Shown: positions 1-10,114, counted from the stretch's first letter. The stretch is 64,000 bases of DNA from an uncultured Eubacteriales bacterium (GCA_902787685.1 CADAHH010000004.1:27677-91676), one strand, 5' to 3'. The notes: a model not told the origin generated them from the letters alone. Translations and numbers: made by a program.

Positions 1-51
1 TCATATTGTTCTCTAAGTGCTTCCATTGATTACTGTTCCTCCTTTCTTAAA

Positions 52-357
52 TTAATTTATTTTAGCTCCACATTTTTTACAAACTCTAAATTTCTTATCA
101 TTTTCAATTACATAACCAATTCTAGTTGCTTTTCCACACTTTGGGCACACAATGTTAACAATTGATGAATGAATTGGAAATTCTGAAGCCATTATTCCAC
201 CTTCTCTATTAGGTGCTGCTTTAACATGTTTTTTTCTAATATTAATACCTTTTACTATAACTTTTTCAGTTTTAGGTATAACTTCTAGAACTTCACCAGT
301 TTTACCTTTATCATTTCCAGATAAAACCATTACGTTATCACCTTTTTTGATTTTCAT
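52..357 (-). CDS. rplX: 50S ribosomal protein L24 (uL24); C-terminal tail carries CPKC...CKKC, a zinc-ribbon-like motif
   Basis: KGDxVxVxxGxDKGKxGxV KOW motif; sits after rplN in spc-operon order; ATG of rplE lies at position 4 running off the window. Confidence 0.85.
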   Translation of the reverse strand: MKIKKGDNVMVLSGNDKGKTGEVLEVIPKTEKVIVKGINIRKKHVKAAPNREGGIMASEFPIHSSIVNIVCPKCGKATRIGYVIENDKKFRVCKKCGAKIN

Positions 358-637
358 TTAAGGTTTTCCTCCTTTTTTACTATTTTATATTTACTGTTTC
401 TTAGATAAATACTCTCTTAAATTTGAAGTTATCAAAAATATAATTTGCTGTACTTTAATTGTATATACATTTCTAGTTTTCAAAATTTTGAAAACTAAAA
501 AGCTACGGTTAATATTTTGTAAAATTCAGCTAGCCTAAGGGCTATCTTAATTTAACAAAATTTAAACCTATGCATCTTTAATCTGTAAAATACAAATGTC
601 CACTGATTTATAATGCAATACTCTATTTATCATCATG

Positions 638-760
638 TTTCCCGTTTTCAAAAGAATGGTTATATTGCAAGGCAAGATTTTACGAAAAAACCGGAGCGTA
701 CATATTGTACGTGAGGATTTTTGAGTGAAATCTTAACACAGCAAGATGGCCATTATTTTG
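638..760. repeat. About 125-nt structured repeat element, copy 1, in the unusually long rplN-rplX spacer
   Basis: About 80% identical to 3096-3222; internal hairpin CGTACA-TAT-TGTACG with compensatory changes versus copy 2. Confidence 0.6.
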
Positions 761-764
761 AAAA

Positions 765-1133
765 CTATAGTACTTCTGGTGCTAATGAAAGAATCTTAAG
801 GTATTCTCCATCTCTTAATTCTCTAGCAACAGGTCCAAATATACGTGTTCCTCTAGGTGTTTTATCTTCTCTTATAATTACTGCTGCATTATCATCAAAT
901 CTAACATAAGAACCATCTGCTCTTCTAATAGGGTTTGTAGTTCTTACAATAACTGCTTTTACGACATCACCTTTTTTTACAACTCCACCTGGTGTTGCTT
1001 CTTTAACAGATGCAACTATTATATCTCCAATACCAGCAGTTTTTCTATATGATCCACCTAAACATCTTATACACATTAGCTTTTTAGCTCCAGTGTTATC
1101 GGCTACGTTTAGGATACTTTGCTGTTGTATCAT
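765..1133 (-). CDS. rplN: 50S ribosomal protein L14 (uL14)
   Basis: MIQQQS...[12 protein letters not shown]; true start at the internal Met with GGAGA RBS; the listed ORF is 5'-extended. Confidence 0.9.
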   Translation of the reverse strand: MIQQQSILNVADNTGAKKLMCIRCLGGSYRKTAGIGDIIVASVKEATPGGVVKKGDVVKAVIVRTTNPIRRADGSYVRFDDNAAVIIREDKTPRGTRIFGPVARELRDGEYLKILSLAPEVL

Positions 1134-1153
1134 ATTAATATCTCCTTCCCAAT

Positions 1154-1420
1154 CTATTTTATGTCTGCTTTTTCGATAATCTCTACTACTCTCCATCTCT
1201 TATCTTTAGAAAGAGGTCTAGTTTCCATAACTTTAACTTTATCTCCAATATTACAGCTATTATTTTCATCATGTGCTTTTAATTTATATGTTCTTTTAAC
1301 TATTTTTCCATAAATATTATGTCTTACTTTTCTTTCAACAGCAACAACTACTGTTTTATCCATTTTATTTGATGTAACAATACCTATCATTGTTTTACGA
1401 AGATTTCTAGTTTGTTCCAT
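1154..1420 (-). CDS. rpsQ: 30S ribosomal protein S17 (uS17)
   Basis: KMDKTVVV...AHDENN motif; operon position. Confidence 0.85.
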   Translation of the reverse strand: MEQTRNLRKTMIGIVTSNKMDKTVVVAVERKVRHNIYGKIVKRTYKLKAHDENNSCNIGDKVKVMETRPLSKDKRWRVVEIIEKADIK

Positions 1421-1628
1421 TGTTTACCCCTTTCTTCTCAGCAATCTTTCTTTCTGTTAGAATAGTATTAATTCTAGCAATATCTTTTTTAACTTCTCTA
1501 ATTTTCATAGGGTTATCTAAAGAATGTGATGCTAAGCTAAATTTTAATTTGAATAATTCTGTTTTTAATTCACCTAATTCTTTCTCCAATTCAGGTGAAG
1601 ACATTTCTTTTAATTTATTTAATTTCAT
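1407..1628 (-). CDS. rpmC: 50S ribosomal protein L29 (uL29)
   Basis: ELxxLKxELFxLKF motif; operon position; overlaps the rpsQ start by 14 nt. Confidence 0.8.
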   Translation of the reverse strand: MKLNKLKEMSSPELEKELGELKTELFKLKFSLASHSLDNPMKIREVKKDIARINTILTERKIAEKKGVNNGTN

Positions 1629-2056
1629 TAATTTTCACCCTCCTCGATTGTTCTTTTAACAAATTTTGTTCTAACAGGTAATTTATTTGCAGCTAAACGT
1701 AATGCTTCTCTAGCAGTTTCTTCAGAAACCCCAGCAATCTCAAACATTATTCTATCTGGTTTTACAGCTGCTACCCAAAATTCTGTATTACCTTTACCTT
1801 TACCCATACGAGTTCCAGCAGGTTTTCTTGTAATAGGTTTGTCTGGGAATATTTTAATCCAAACTTTACCATCTCTTTTCATATAACGAGTCATTGCAAC
1901 TCTGGCAGCTTCAATTTGGTTTCCTGTAATTAATCCTGCATCAGTAGCTTGTAAACCAAATTCTCCATAAGAAACTGTATTTCCTCTTGTTGCTCTACCT
2001 CTATTTCTACCTTTTTGTACTTTTCTATGTTTTGTTCTTTTTGGCATTAATGGCAT
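1628..2056 (-). CDS. rplP: 50S ribosomal protein L16 (uL16)
   Basis: [11 protein letters not shown]...GKGKG motif. Confidence 0.9.
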   Translation of the reverse strand: MPLMPKRTKHRKVQKGRNRGRATRGNTVSYGEFGLQATDAGLITGNQIEAARVAMTRYMKRDGKVWIKIFPDKPITRKPAGTRMGKGKGNTEFWVAAVKPDRIMFEIAGVSEETAREALRLAANKLPVRTKFVKRTIEEGEN

Positions 2057-2712
2057 TATTGTTCTCCTCCTTCCATTTTTTTAGTAGGAAGAACTTCTCC
2101 TTTATATATCCAAACTTTTACACCGATTTTTCCATATGTAGTATTTGCTTCTGCAAATCCATAATCAATATCAGCTCTTAAAGTTTGTAATGGAATATTT
2201 CCTTCTTTATAGAATTCAGTTCTTGCCATATCTGCTCCACCTAATCTACCAGATACTGCAGTTTTAATTCCAGCAGCTCCTGCTTTTAGAGTTTTTTGCA
2301 TACATTGTTTCATGGCACGTCTGAATGAAATTCTTCTTTCCAATTGTGAAGCAATATCTTCTGCAACAAGTGTTGCATCTAAACTTGGATTTTTTACTTC
2401 AACAATATTTAAATTAACATCTTTACCAATTAATTTTTTAATATCTAATCTTAATGCTTCTGCTCCAGCTCCACCTTTTCCAATTAAAATTCCAGGTTTT
2501 GCAGTATAAACATTAACTTTTACTGATTTTGCAGTTCTTTCTATTTCAATATTTGCAATTCCAGCTTCATATACTTTTTTCTTTAAAAATTTACGTATTT
2601 TTTGATCTTCTATTAAATAATCTGCAAAATTTTTGTCATCTGCATACCATTTAGATTTCCAATCTTTAATTACGCCTAATCTTGCACCTAGTGGGTGTAC
2701 TTTTTGTCCCAT
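2056..2712 (-). CDS. rpsC: 30S ribosomal protein S3 (uS3)
   Basis: MGQKVHPLG...KH domain; operon position. Confidence 0.9.
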   Translation of the reverse strand: MGQKVHPLGARLGVIKDWKSKWYADDKNFADYLIEDQKIRKFLKKKVYEAGIANIEIERTAKSVKVNVYTAKPGILIGKGGAGAEALRLDIKKLIGKDVNLNIVEVKNPSLDATLVAEDIASQLERRISFRRAMKQCMQKTLKAGAAGIKTAVSGRLGGADMARTEFYKEGNIPLQTLRADIDYGFAEANTTYGKIGVKVWIYKGEVLPTKKMEGGEQ

Positions 2713-2719
2713 ATTGTCC

Positions 2720-3073
2720 TTATGCCTCCTTTTCCTCTAATTTTATTGTTATGTGACTTGTTCTTTTTCTGATTCTAACTGCTGAACCTTTTGCAGCAGG
2801 TCTAATTCTTTTTAGAGTTGGACCTTGATTTGCATAAATCTCAGAAATATATAATTTATCATGTTTCATATCATGATTATTTTCAGCATTTGCAATTGCT
2901 GATTTTAAAAGCTTTTCAATAATTTCTGATGATGCTTTTGGTGTAAACTTAACTATTGCTAAAGCTTCATCTACATTTTTTCCTCTAATTAAATCTGCAA
3001 CAATTTTAACTTTTCTAGATGAAATTCTTGCATATTTTAGAGTTGCTTGAGCTGTTTTTACTTCTGCTTCCAT
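2720..3073 (-). CDS. rplV: 50S ribosomal protein L22 (uL22)
   Basis: [10 protein letters not shown]...RISSRKVK; start taken at the internal Met; the listed ORF is 5'-extended into the repeat element. Confidence 0.85.
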   Translation of the reverse strand: MEAEVKTAQATLKYARISSRKVKIVADLIRGKNVDEALAIVKFTPKASSEIIEKLLKSAIANAENNHDMKHDKLYISEIYANQGPTLKRIRPAAKGSAVRIRKRTSHITIKLEEKEA

Positions 3074-3095
3074 TTTTTCTATCCTTTCATAATAA

Positions 3096-3222
3096 TATTT
3101 ATTTTCCGTTCGCGGAAGAATGGTTATATTGCTAGGCAAAATTATATGAAAAAACCGGAGTGTGCTTTGTGCACATGAGGATTTTTGAATAAAATTTTAA
3201 CAACGCAAGATGACCATTATTG
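3096..3222. repeat. About 125-nt structured repeat element, copy 2, filling the rpsS-rplV spacer
   Basis: Homologous to 638-760; hairpin TGTGC-TTTGT-GCACA covaries with copy 1. Confidence 0.6.
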
Positions 3223-3228
3223 CACGAA

Positions 3229-3537
3229 CTATTTTTTAGTAGTTTTTTCTCCTGCATGACCTTTGAATGTTCTCGTAGGAGCAAACTCTCCTAATTTATG
3301 ACCAATCATTTCTTCTGAAATGTATACAGGAACATGTTTTCTTCCATCATGAACTGCGATTGTATGACCAACAAATTCTGGATAAATAGTTGAAGCTCTT
3401 GACCATGTCTTAATAACTTCTTTTTTGTTTTCAGCATTCATAGCTTGAATTCTTTTCATAAGCTTTTTATCCACATATGGTGCTTTTGGCTCTTTTCTCT
3501 TATTAAGATCTTTTTGTGCATTTTCCTTTTTTGCCAT
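3229..3537 (-). CDS. rpsS: 30S ribosomal protein S19 (uS19) with a short N-terminal extension
   Basis: [13 protein letters not shown]...[17 protein letters not shown]. Confidence 0.9.
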   Translation of the reverse strand: MAKKENAQKDLNKRKEPKAPYVDKKLMKRIQAMNAENKKEVIKTWSRASTIYPEFVGHTIAVHDGRKHVPVYISEEMIGHKLGEFAPTRTFKGHAGEKTTKK

Positions 3538-3562
3538 TTTTATTCTCCTTTCTCAAATTTTA

Positions 3563-4387
3563 TTATTTTCTTCTCTTAACTATAAATTTATTTGATTGTT
3601 TTTTCTTATTTCTTGTCTTGTATCCAAGAGCTGGTTTACCCCAAGGTGTTAATGGTCCTGCGTGACCAATTGGAGCTCTACCTTCACCACCACCATGTGG
3701 GTGATCTACTGGATTCATAACAGATCCACGTACTTCTGGTCTCCATCCCATATTTCTTTTTCTTCCTGCTTTACCAATTTTTACGTTTCCGTGATCTGAA
3801 TTTCCAATTACTCCTATTGTAGCTCTACAATTTGCAAGAACTAATCTCATTTCTCCAGAAGGAAGTCTTACGTGTGCGTATTTTCCTTCTTTTGCCATTA
3901 ATTGTGCACTTTGTCCTGCAGCTTTAACTAATTTTCCACCTTGACCTGGATTTAATTCTATATTGTGGATTAAAGTACCAACTGGTATAGAATTTATTTC
4001 CATACAATTTCCTGGTTTTATATCTGCTGATTTTCCAGATATTACTTTATCACCATCTGTTAATCCTTGTGGTGCTAATATATATGCTTTAACTCCATCT
4101 GAATATTGAATTAAGGCTATATTTGCGCTTCTGTTTGGATCATATTCGATTCCAATTACTTGTGCTTCCATATCGTCTTTTTGACGTTTAAAATCAATTA
4201 TTCTATATTTTTGTCTGTTTCCTCCACCTTGATGACGTACTGTTATTCTACCATAGTTGTTTCTTCCTGCTTTTTCTTTCTTTGTTGTAAGTAAAGATTT
4301 TTCAGGTGTCTTTTTTGTTATTTCTGCAGAATAATCTAATACTGTCATATTTCTTCTTGAAGGTGTGTATGCTTTAAAATGTTTCAT
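3563..4387 (-). CDS. rplB: 50S ribosomal protein L2 (uL2)
   Basis: [16 protein letters not shown]...HPHGGGEG motifs; GGAG RBS. Confidence 0.92.
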   Translation of the reverse strand: MKHFKAYTPSRRNMTVLDYSAEITKKTPEKSLLTTKKEKAGRNNYGRITVRHQGGGNRQKYRIIDFKRQKDDMEAQVIGIEYDPNRSANIALIQYSDGVKAYILAPQGLTDGDKVISGKSADIKPGNCMEINSIPVGTLIHNIELNPGQGGKLVKAAGQSAQLMAKEGKYAHVRLPSGEMRLVLANCRATIGVIGNSDHGNVKIGKAGRKRNMGWRPEVRGSVMNPVDHPHGGGEGRAPIGHAGPLTPWGKPALGYKTRNKKKQSNKFIVKRRK

Positions 4388-4424
4388 TATAAATCTTCTC
4401 CTTTTTTACTAATTTGTACGGATA

Positions 4425-4485
4425 TTTTCCTGCTCCGCCTGCAGTTAAAATTTATTATCCTAGTTTTTTCTAGATATTTTTGATG
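4425..4485. repeat. 60-nt direct repeat, copy B, just upstream of rplB
   Basis: Near-identical to 5481-5545 (core CAGTTAAAATTTnTTnTCCTAGTTTTTTCTAGATATTTTT). Confidence 0.7.
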
Positions 4486-4604
4486 CTTTTTACTCACGTG
4501 ATTCTGATAATTTATCTGTTGCTTCAGAAATATTAGAATTTGGATGTTGTATGGTGGTTGCTGTATAGCATGCCAAAGAGTTCTTAAATGTTCTTTTAGC
4601 ATCT

Positions 4605-5426
4605 TCAACAACACCGACGTTTCTTAAAGTATTCAAGAATTGTATTTGAAGCTTTAAGAAATTCTTCTATATCCTGTGCATTTAAATCTCCAGATTCATA
4701 GTAGTTTGTTATTTTTTCTGATACTGTTAATACTTTTCTCTTTATAAGATTAGCTTTATCATACATTTCATCACACCATTTCAATCTGTCTATTATCCAT
4801 GATGCTGCTTCACAATTTCCTTTTCCATCATTAACTACTATATTTTCTATTTGCTTATAAAAACCATTAGAATCAAAATTTGAATTGTCTTTTAATTTTT
4901 TAAGTTTTTCTATATTATTAGCTAATATATCTATAAGTTGATATACAAGCACTTTTAGATAATTATATACCTCGTTAAATGGATCTAGCTCATCTTTATC
5001 ATCTAGATAATCACTTATTGCACTGATCTTCTTCTCAATTGTACCATTTCTAACTTGGCTTTGAGCTTCTTCTGTAAAATTTTTTGTATCCAAGAAAATG
5101 CTCCTTATAATGTTGTCATCATAATCTTTTTCCCAATCATTTGCTTCAATAAATATCTCTCCACCTATTGATAATTCTCTGGTTATTTTATCAACTATAT
5201 TTCTAAGATAGTAATAAAAATTATTATCTTGTGAAATCTCAAGTATTCTAGCAAAATTAAACAATCGTATTAACCATCTTAAATCGTCAACATCCTTTAG
5301 GTGTTCTCTATAGTTCTCTTCTCTATAACCTTTAGAAGCTTTAGAATAATATATAGGACCACCTGGTTTTGAAAAACATTCTATTAAAGTACCCGGAAAA
5401 CTTCTGTAACTTGGACTATCATACAT
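4605..5426 (-). CDS. Hypothetical 273-aa protein inserted in the S10 operon; no recognisable domain
   Basis: Long ORF with AAGGAG RBS; bracketed by the 60-nt direct repeats; in-frame CGG three codons before the stop. Confidence 0.6.
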   Translation of the reverse strand: MYDSPSYRSFPGTLIECFSKPGGPIYYSKASKGYREENYREHLKDVDDLRWLIRLFNFARILEISQDNNFYYYLRNIVDKITRELSIGGEIFIEANDWEKDYDDNIIRSIFLDTKNFTEEAQSQVRNGTIEKKISAISDYLDDKDELDPFNEVYNYLKVLVYQLIDILANNIEKLKKLKDNSNFDSNGFYKQIENIVVNDGKGNCEAASWIIDRLKWCDEMYDKANLIKRKVLTVSEKITNYYESGDLNAQDIEEFLKASNTILEYFKKRRCC

Positions 5427-5480
5427 ATTGAACTACTCCTTTATCTTGACTATCATATTAATTAAACCTACAAAATAAGC

Positions 5481-5545
5481 ATTTTTCCGGCTCTTCCTTC
5501 AGTTAAAATTTGTTTTCCTAGTTTTTTCTAGATATTTTTTATTTT
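5481..5545. repeat. 60-nt direct repeat, copy A, between the two inserted ORFs
   Basis: See 4425-4485. Confidence 0.7.
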
Positions 5546-6021
5546 TATTGTGGTTGTTCTTGAGTATTGTTATCTTTTTTTATATCTGGTGTATTTATTA
5601 TTTGTATAATTTCCTTCAATCCAGTTGATATACTCGTAAGAGATTGATTATTTAAGGATTCAAAATTTGAACTTTTCAAAGTGGTTTTAATACTACTTAA
5701 ACTTCCTTTAATCGAAGCTTCTAAATTTCCTCTATTTATATTGAGTTTTGAAATAAATTGCTCATATGAAGTATCTTGACTTTCTCCCATTGTAATATCA
5801 CCTGAACAACATTCCTGTATTTTACTAATTCTTATTAAAATATCCTTTAAATTTTCAACTGAAAGTTTGTCAAGTTTTCCTTGTAAATCTTGGTTTATTA
5901 TAACTTCTCCTGTATTTGGTTGTTCATAATACACCTCTAATCGAAGTATTGATTCTTTAATTTCGTTTATTATATTATCTTTAATTGTTTCATAAGGTAC
6001 TTGCATTCCATTAAGTCCCAT
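5545..6021 (-). CDS. Hypothetical 158-aa Ser/Asn/Gln-rich protein, translationally coupled to rplW
   Basis: ATG lies 9 nt after the rplW stop with a GAGGA RBS inside the rplW 3' end. Confidence 0.55.
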   Translation of the reverse strand: MGLNGMQVPYETIKDNIINEIKESILRLEVYYEQPNTGEVIINQDLQGKLDKLSVENLKDILIRISKIQECCSGDITMGESQDTSYEQFISKLNINRGNLEASIKGSLSSIKTTLKSSNFESLNNQSLTSISTGLKEIIQIINTPDIKKDNNTQEQPQ

Positions 6022-6030
6022 ATTGTCCTC

Positions 6031-6378
6031 CTACACTCCTGTGAAGTCTTCTATTGAGTCTTTGAATTTCTTAGTTCCTTTTGTTTCCTTTCCACCTTTA
6101 GCTAAGTATGTAGATGCTTTTGGATTGATATCTATTGTAACTATTGCTTTTTTCCAGCTTGATGTCATTCCTTGATGATATCCTACTCTTTTCTTTTTTC
6201 CTTTTACCATCATTGTATTAACATTTAATACTTTTACATTAAAAAGTTTTTCAACAGCATTTGCTATTTCAACTTTTGTTGCTTTTTTGTTAACTTTGAA
6301 TGTGTATTTTCCATCTTGTAAACCATTGTTACTTTTTTCAGTAACTACTGGTGCTATTATAATTTCTTCTGCTACCAT
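6031..6378 (-). CDS. rplW: 50S ribosomal protein L23 (uL23) with an extended C-terminus
   Basis: VVTEKS...KYTFKV motif; operon position. Confidence 0.88.
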   Translation of the reverse strand: MVAEEIIIAPVVTEKSNNGLQDGKYTFKVNKKATKVEIANAVEKLFNVKVLNVNTMMVKGKKKRVGYHQGMTSSWKKAIVTIDINPKASTYLAKGGKETKGTKKFKDSIEDFTGV

Positions 6379-6380
6379 AA

Positions 6381-7004
6381 TTATGCATACACCTCCTCTA
6401 ATTTCTTAACAGTATCAAGTGTTAGAACTAAATTAGTGTATTTTAATAAATCATATACATTTATATTGTTTGCAAGTATTGCTTTTGCATTTACTATGTT
6501 TCTTGTAGAAGCTTCAACATTTAAATTCTTTTCTGGTAATATAACTAATGTTTTTCCTTCTAATTTTAAATCTGCAAATGCTTTTACCATTGATTTTGTT
6601 TTTATTTCTGATAATTCTAATTTATCAACTACTTTTAATTGGTTTTCTAATACTTTAGAACTTAATACTGATCTTATTGCTAATTGTCTTTCTTTTTTAT
6701 TTACGCTATATCTGTATGAACGTGGTTTTGGTCCTAATGCTATACCACCTTTAATCCATTGTGGTGCTCTAATTGAACCTTGTCTAGCACGTCCAGTTCC
6801 TTTTTGTCTCCATGGCTTTCTTCCACCACCACGAACTTCTGCTCTTGTTTTTGTACTTTGTGTACCTTGTCTTTGATTAGCTAAGTAATTTAATAATACT
6901 TCATGAACTATAGTTTCATTTGGTTCAATTCCAAATACATTTTCATTTAGTTCAACATCGCTAACTTTTTTACCATTTATATCATATACGTCTACCTTTG
7001 GCAT
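6381..7004 (-). CDS. rplD: 50S ribosomal protein L4 (uL4)
   Basis: GGGRKPWRQKGTGRAR motif. Confidence 0.9.
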   Translation of the reverse strand: MPKVDVYDINGKKVSDVELNENVFGIEPNETIVHEVLLNYLANQRQGTQSTKTRAEVRGGGRKPWRQKGTGRARQGSIRAPQWIKGGIALGPKPRSYRYSVNKKERQLAIRSVLSSKVLENQLKVVDKLELSEIKTKSMVKAFADLKLEGKTLVILPEKNLNVEASTRNIVNAKAILANNINVYDLLKYTNLVLTLDTVKKLEEVYA

Positions 7005-7022
7005 TTCGTATTTCCTCCTTTC

Positions 7023-7661
7023 CTAATTTATAGCCTTTACAGCTGATTTTATTTTTAGGATTGCACCTTTTGCTCCTGGTACACTTCCCTTTACTAATAT
7101 AACATTTTTGTCCATATCAACAGCTACTACATCTAAATTTTGAATTGTAACTGTAACTGATCCCATATGTCCTGGAAGTTTCTTTCCTTTAAATACTCTA
7201 CCTGGTGTAGATGTTGGTCCCATTGAACCTGGTCTTCTGTGATACATTGAACCATGTCCCATTGGTCCTCTGTGTTGTCCATGTCTTTTTATAACACCTT
7301 GGAAGCCTTTTCCTTTTGATGTTCCTTGAATATCAACTTTTTCTCCGGTTGCAAATATATCTGCTTTTACTTCATCTCCAACTTTGAAGTTTGAAATATC
7401 TTCTAATCTAAATTCTCTTAAATGTTTTTTGTTTTCTAATTTAGATTTAGCAAAATGTCCTGCTTGAGGTTTATTGATATGTTTTGCTTTTACTTCTCCA
7501 TATCCTAATTGGATGGCATTGTATCCATCTGTTTCAACTGTTTTTACTTGTGCAACTACACAAGGTCCAGCTTCTATAACTGTAACTGGAACGACATTTC
7601 CTTTTTCATCAAATATTTGTGTCATTCCTAATTTTTTTCCTATAATTGCCTTTTTTTCCAT
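7023..7661 (-). CDS. rplC: 50S ribosomal protein L3 (uL3)
   Basis: [14 protein letters not shown]...[10 protein letters not shown] motifs. Confidence 0.9.
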   Translation of the reverse strand: MEKKAIIGKKLGMTQIFDEKGNVVPVTVIEAGPCVVAQVKTVETDGYNAIQLGYGEVKAKHINKPQAGHFAKSKLENKKHLREFRLEDISNFKVGDEVKADIFATGEKVDIQGTSKGKGFQGVIKRHGQHRGPMGHGSMYHRRPGSMGPTSTPGRVFKGKKLPGHMGSVTVTIQNLDVVAVDMDKNVILVKGSVPGAKGAILKIKSAVKAIN

Positions 7662-7850
7662 TTTTTCTCCTTTACTATTGGCTAATATTTATATTTGCAC
7701 ATAATTTGTGTAATATTAGCTTGGTTTTTGAGTTTTTAATAGTTTGCATCTCCACTCATCACAAATTCATCGCTTCGCTCGAATTTGCTGCTCCGATGCA
7801 TAAGTTATAACTAACCATCTCGACTCGCTATCGCTCATCGATATGCTAAT

Positions 7851-8174
7851 TTATAGCTTAATTTCGATATCAACACCAGCTGGTAATTCAAGCTTCATTA
7901 ATGAATCAACAGTTTTTTGTGTTGGATAAAGAATGTTGATAAGTCTTTTATGTGTTCTCATTTCAAATTGTTCTCTAGAATCTTTGTGTTTATGTGGAGA
8001 ACGTATAACTGTTACAACTTCTTTTTTAGTTGGTAGTGGAATAGGTCCTGAAACTTTTGCACCTGATTTTTTAGCAGTTTCTACTATCATTAAAGCAGAC
8101 TGATCTAAAATTCCAGATTCATAAGCCTTTACCTTTATTATAATTTTCTCACTAGTAACTACATTGTTTGCCAT
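7851..8174 (-). CDS. rpsJ: 30S ribosomal protein S10 (uS10)
   Basis: IRIKLKAYD-like N-terminus; first gene of the S10 operon; the 190-nt rpsJ-rplC spacer carries a partial GC-rich repeat. Confidence 0.9.
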   Translation of the reverse strand: MANNVVTSEKIIIKVKAYESGILDQSALMIVETAKKSGAKVSGPIPLPTKKEVVTVIRSPHKHKDSREQFEMRTHKRLINILYPTQKTVDSLMKLELPAGVDIEIKL

Positions 8175-8409
8175 TGCTATTTCCCTCCTTAATAATATTT
8201 TTGTACTTTTTAGCTTGGCAAGCTGTATTGCACCCTGGTGTTTTGTATTTTACCATTATAAAATCCCAAAATTGCATGAAAACTTTTGGGATAAGTGCTT
8301 TAAATACTCTTACCGCCTGGTCTTAGCCACGACATACTCCATCGAAGTTCCCTCCATCCTTGTGTTTTCACAAGGTGTAGCCACATTCGACTTCAACGCT
8401 AAATTTCAT

Positions 8410-8446
8410 ACTGCAATAGTATATAATAATTTTTATCTTATGTCAA
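8410..8446 (-). promoter_or_regulatory. Candidate sigma-A promoter of the S10 operon on the minus strand (TTGACA, 17 nt spacer, TATACT), followed by an about 235-nt leader
   Basis: Reverse complement of 8418-8446 reads TTGACA-17 nt-TATACT; GC-richer leader before rpsJ. Confidence 0.4.
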
Positions 8447-8587
8447 TAGTTTTTTGATGATTTTTTTTAAAATATTGTTACTAACTTATAGATTTAAAAT
8501 TTTAAAAGCTTAAATATACTATTTTTTAATCACTTGGTGTCGAAATCTTTATGTACCTGTAATTTTTCTTACGAAAAGTTCAGCTAC

Positions 8588-8700
8588 AATGTAGATTTCT
8601 CCAGTTGCCCTGTGCTTCGCTTCGGTTTGCTGTTCATTGTTAAGGCTCTGCTTGTTACAATGGCAGTATGCGTTTGAGCTGTTCGGCTTACGCGTGATTT
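8588..8700. repeat. GC-rich about 100-nt dispersed element (family D), copy 1
   Basis: About 85% identical to 14029-14125; core GCTTCGCTTCGGTTTGCTG...TTGTTAAGGCTCTGCTTGTTACAATGGCAGTATGC; partial relative at about 7766-7800. Confidence 0.6.
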
Positions 8701-8815
8701 CAAAATAGTACATTTAAGCTTTTTCTATAAAACCATTATCAATACCAATATGCTAATTTTAAGAATGAATTTACTAATTTTATTTGTTTTTATAATTCAT
8801 CTGTAGTACATGATA

Positions 8816-10114
8816 TCATTCAGCTTTATCACCAGATTCTTCCCTAAGTTTCCCAAGTGGATTTTCTTTACTCTGTTGTGATTCAGTTTTTATTCTTTCT
8901 CTTTTAATAAATGCCGGATTTAGTCCATCTCCATTTTCTTGTTTTTTGAAAGCGACAAAATCTTGACTAATTTTATTCTCTAGTGAAATACTACGAGATG
9001 AGCTCCACAAATGTCCTAAGAACATTCTCAATGGTGTCATATTTGGATCTTTTAGTTTGTCTCCAAATTTTTGTAAGAATTCTTCTTCAGATTTACTTCC
9101 AGCTACTAATCCTGTAATATCTGCAATCTGGGATTTAAACAAATTAATTGCTCTTTTAATTGCATCTTCTCCTAATAATCCTTCCATTCCTCCTTCTATA
9201 TAATTTCTTATTTGGTCATTCATATCCTTAAGTGCTTGTTCCTGATACTCTTCAGTATTGCCCGCTTTATATTGTTCCGCTATATCTTGAGGAATAACTA
9301 AGTCTGGTGATAATGCTTGAATAAGAGCAAAATGTGTGCCAAATACTTCTCCTTTATATTTGTTAAGTTCCAAAATATATTTAAGTGATTCTAATTGATA
9401 TTTTGACACTAGTTCTATAAAACCTTTAATTTCGTTAATTTCTTCTTCTGTATAATCTTTAGCTATAATATTATGTCCTTCTTTTTTTCCTTCTATTCTA
9501 TGACTCATAACATATAATATTGCATCTTCAAAAATATCATTATGTTCTTCTGCTGTTTTAAATTCCCTTTGATCTTCTGAATTTTGTATTTCTTTGTATC
9601 TTTTAAGATCTTCTGTTCCAATTCCACGAATCTTGTTAAAATCTAATTTGGAAGGACCATTTACAGTAATACTATTAGCTTTAATTGATGCATAAATGTC
9701 ATCTATTGTTGTTGATTCATCCATTAGCATTGAAACCATGTCTTTATTTGTAGCAACTATATTATTTATTTCGCTCTTTATCCTAGCTGCTAAAATTGTT
9801 TTGTGTACTGAATTTATATTCTGAAGTATTTGTCCATACTCTTCTTTGTATGTCTCATTTCTTTTATTCATTTGATCCTTAGTATCATTCCAATTTCTAT
9901 ATGCATCTAAAAGATTACTTTTAGCATTTTGTATTTCATCGTAATAATTTGGTACTACACATTTACTTGGATTATCCTGTCCTTCACTGTGTATTTTCCC
10001 AGTCTCTATTGGTGCTGGTAAAGATAATTCTGATTTTGGTTTTGTTTTCAAAGATTCCCATATATTTTTAAGAAAATTGAAAGGATTACTAATAAAATTT
10101 TTAAATCCGCTCAT
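8816..10114 (-). CDS. Hypothetical protein, about 432 aa, coiled-coil rich
   Basis: Long ORF; start set at the MSGFKNF Met, which has a GGAGG RBS; the listed ORF is 5'-extended. Confidence 0.6.
   Translation of the reverse strand: MSGFKNFISNPFNFLKNIWESLKTKPKSELSLPAPIETGKIHSEGQDNPSKCVVPNYYDEIQNAKSNLLDAYRNWNDTKDQMNKRNETYKEEYGQILQNINSVHKTILAARIKSEINNIVATNKDMVSMLMDESTTIDDIYASIKANSITVNGPSKLDFNKIRGIGTEDLKRYKEIQNSEDQREFKTAEEHNDIFEDAILYVMSHRIEGKKEGHNIIAKDYTEEEINEIKGFIELVSKYQLESLKYILELNKYKGEVFGTHFALIQALSPDLVIPQDIAEQYKAGNTEEYQEQALKDMNDQIRNYIEGGMEGLLGEDAIKRAINLFKSQIADITGLVAGSKSEEEFLQKFGDKLKDPNMTPLRMFLGHLWSSSRSISLENKISQDFVAFKKQENGDGLNPAFIKRERIKTESQQSKENPLGKLREESGDKAE

Noticed and set aside
721-909. Numerous plus-strand ORFs of 60-145 aa lying antisense to minus-strand genes (for example 721-909, 6436-6876, 12012-12416, 20869-21121)
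   Set aside because: They overlap well-supported conserved genes on the opposite strand, lack an RBS and are low-complexity. They are typical AT-rich antisense artefacts.
4387-4614. 75-aa ORF overlapping the rplB leader and the 60-nt repeat
   Set aside because: It is in a frame covering the repeat and the rplB RBS, has no RBS of its own and is low-complexity. It is likely spurious.
8200-8400. Plus-strand promoter-like TATAAT at about 8421-8430
   Set aside because: There is no credible plus-strand gene downstream. The same region reads as a better minus-strand promoter for rpsJ.
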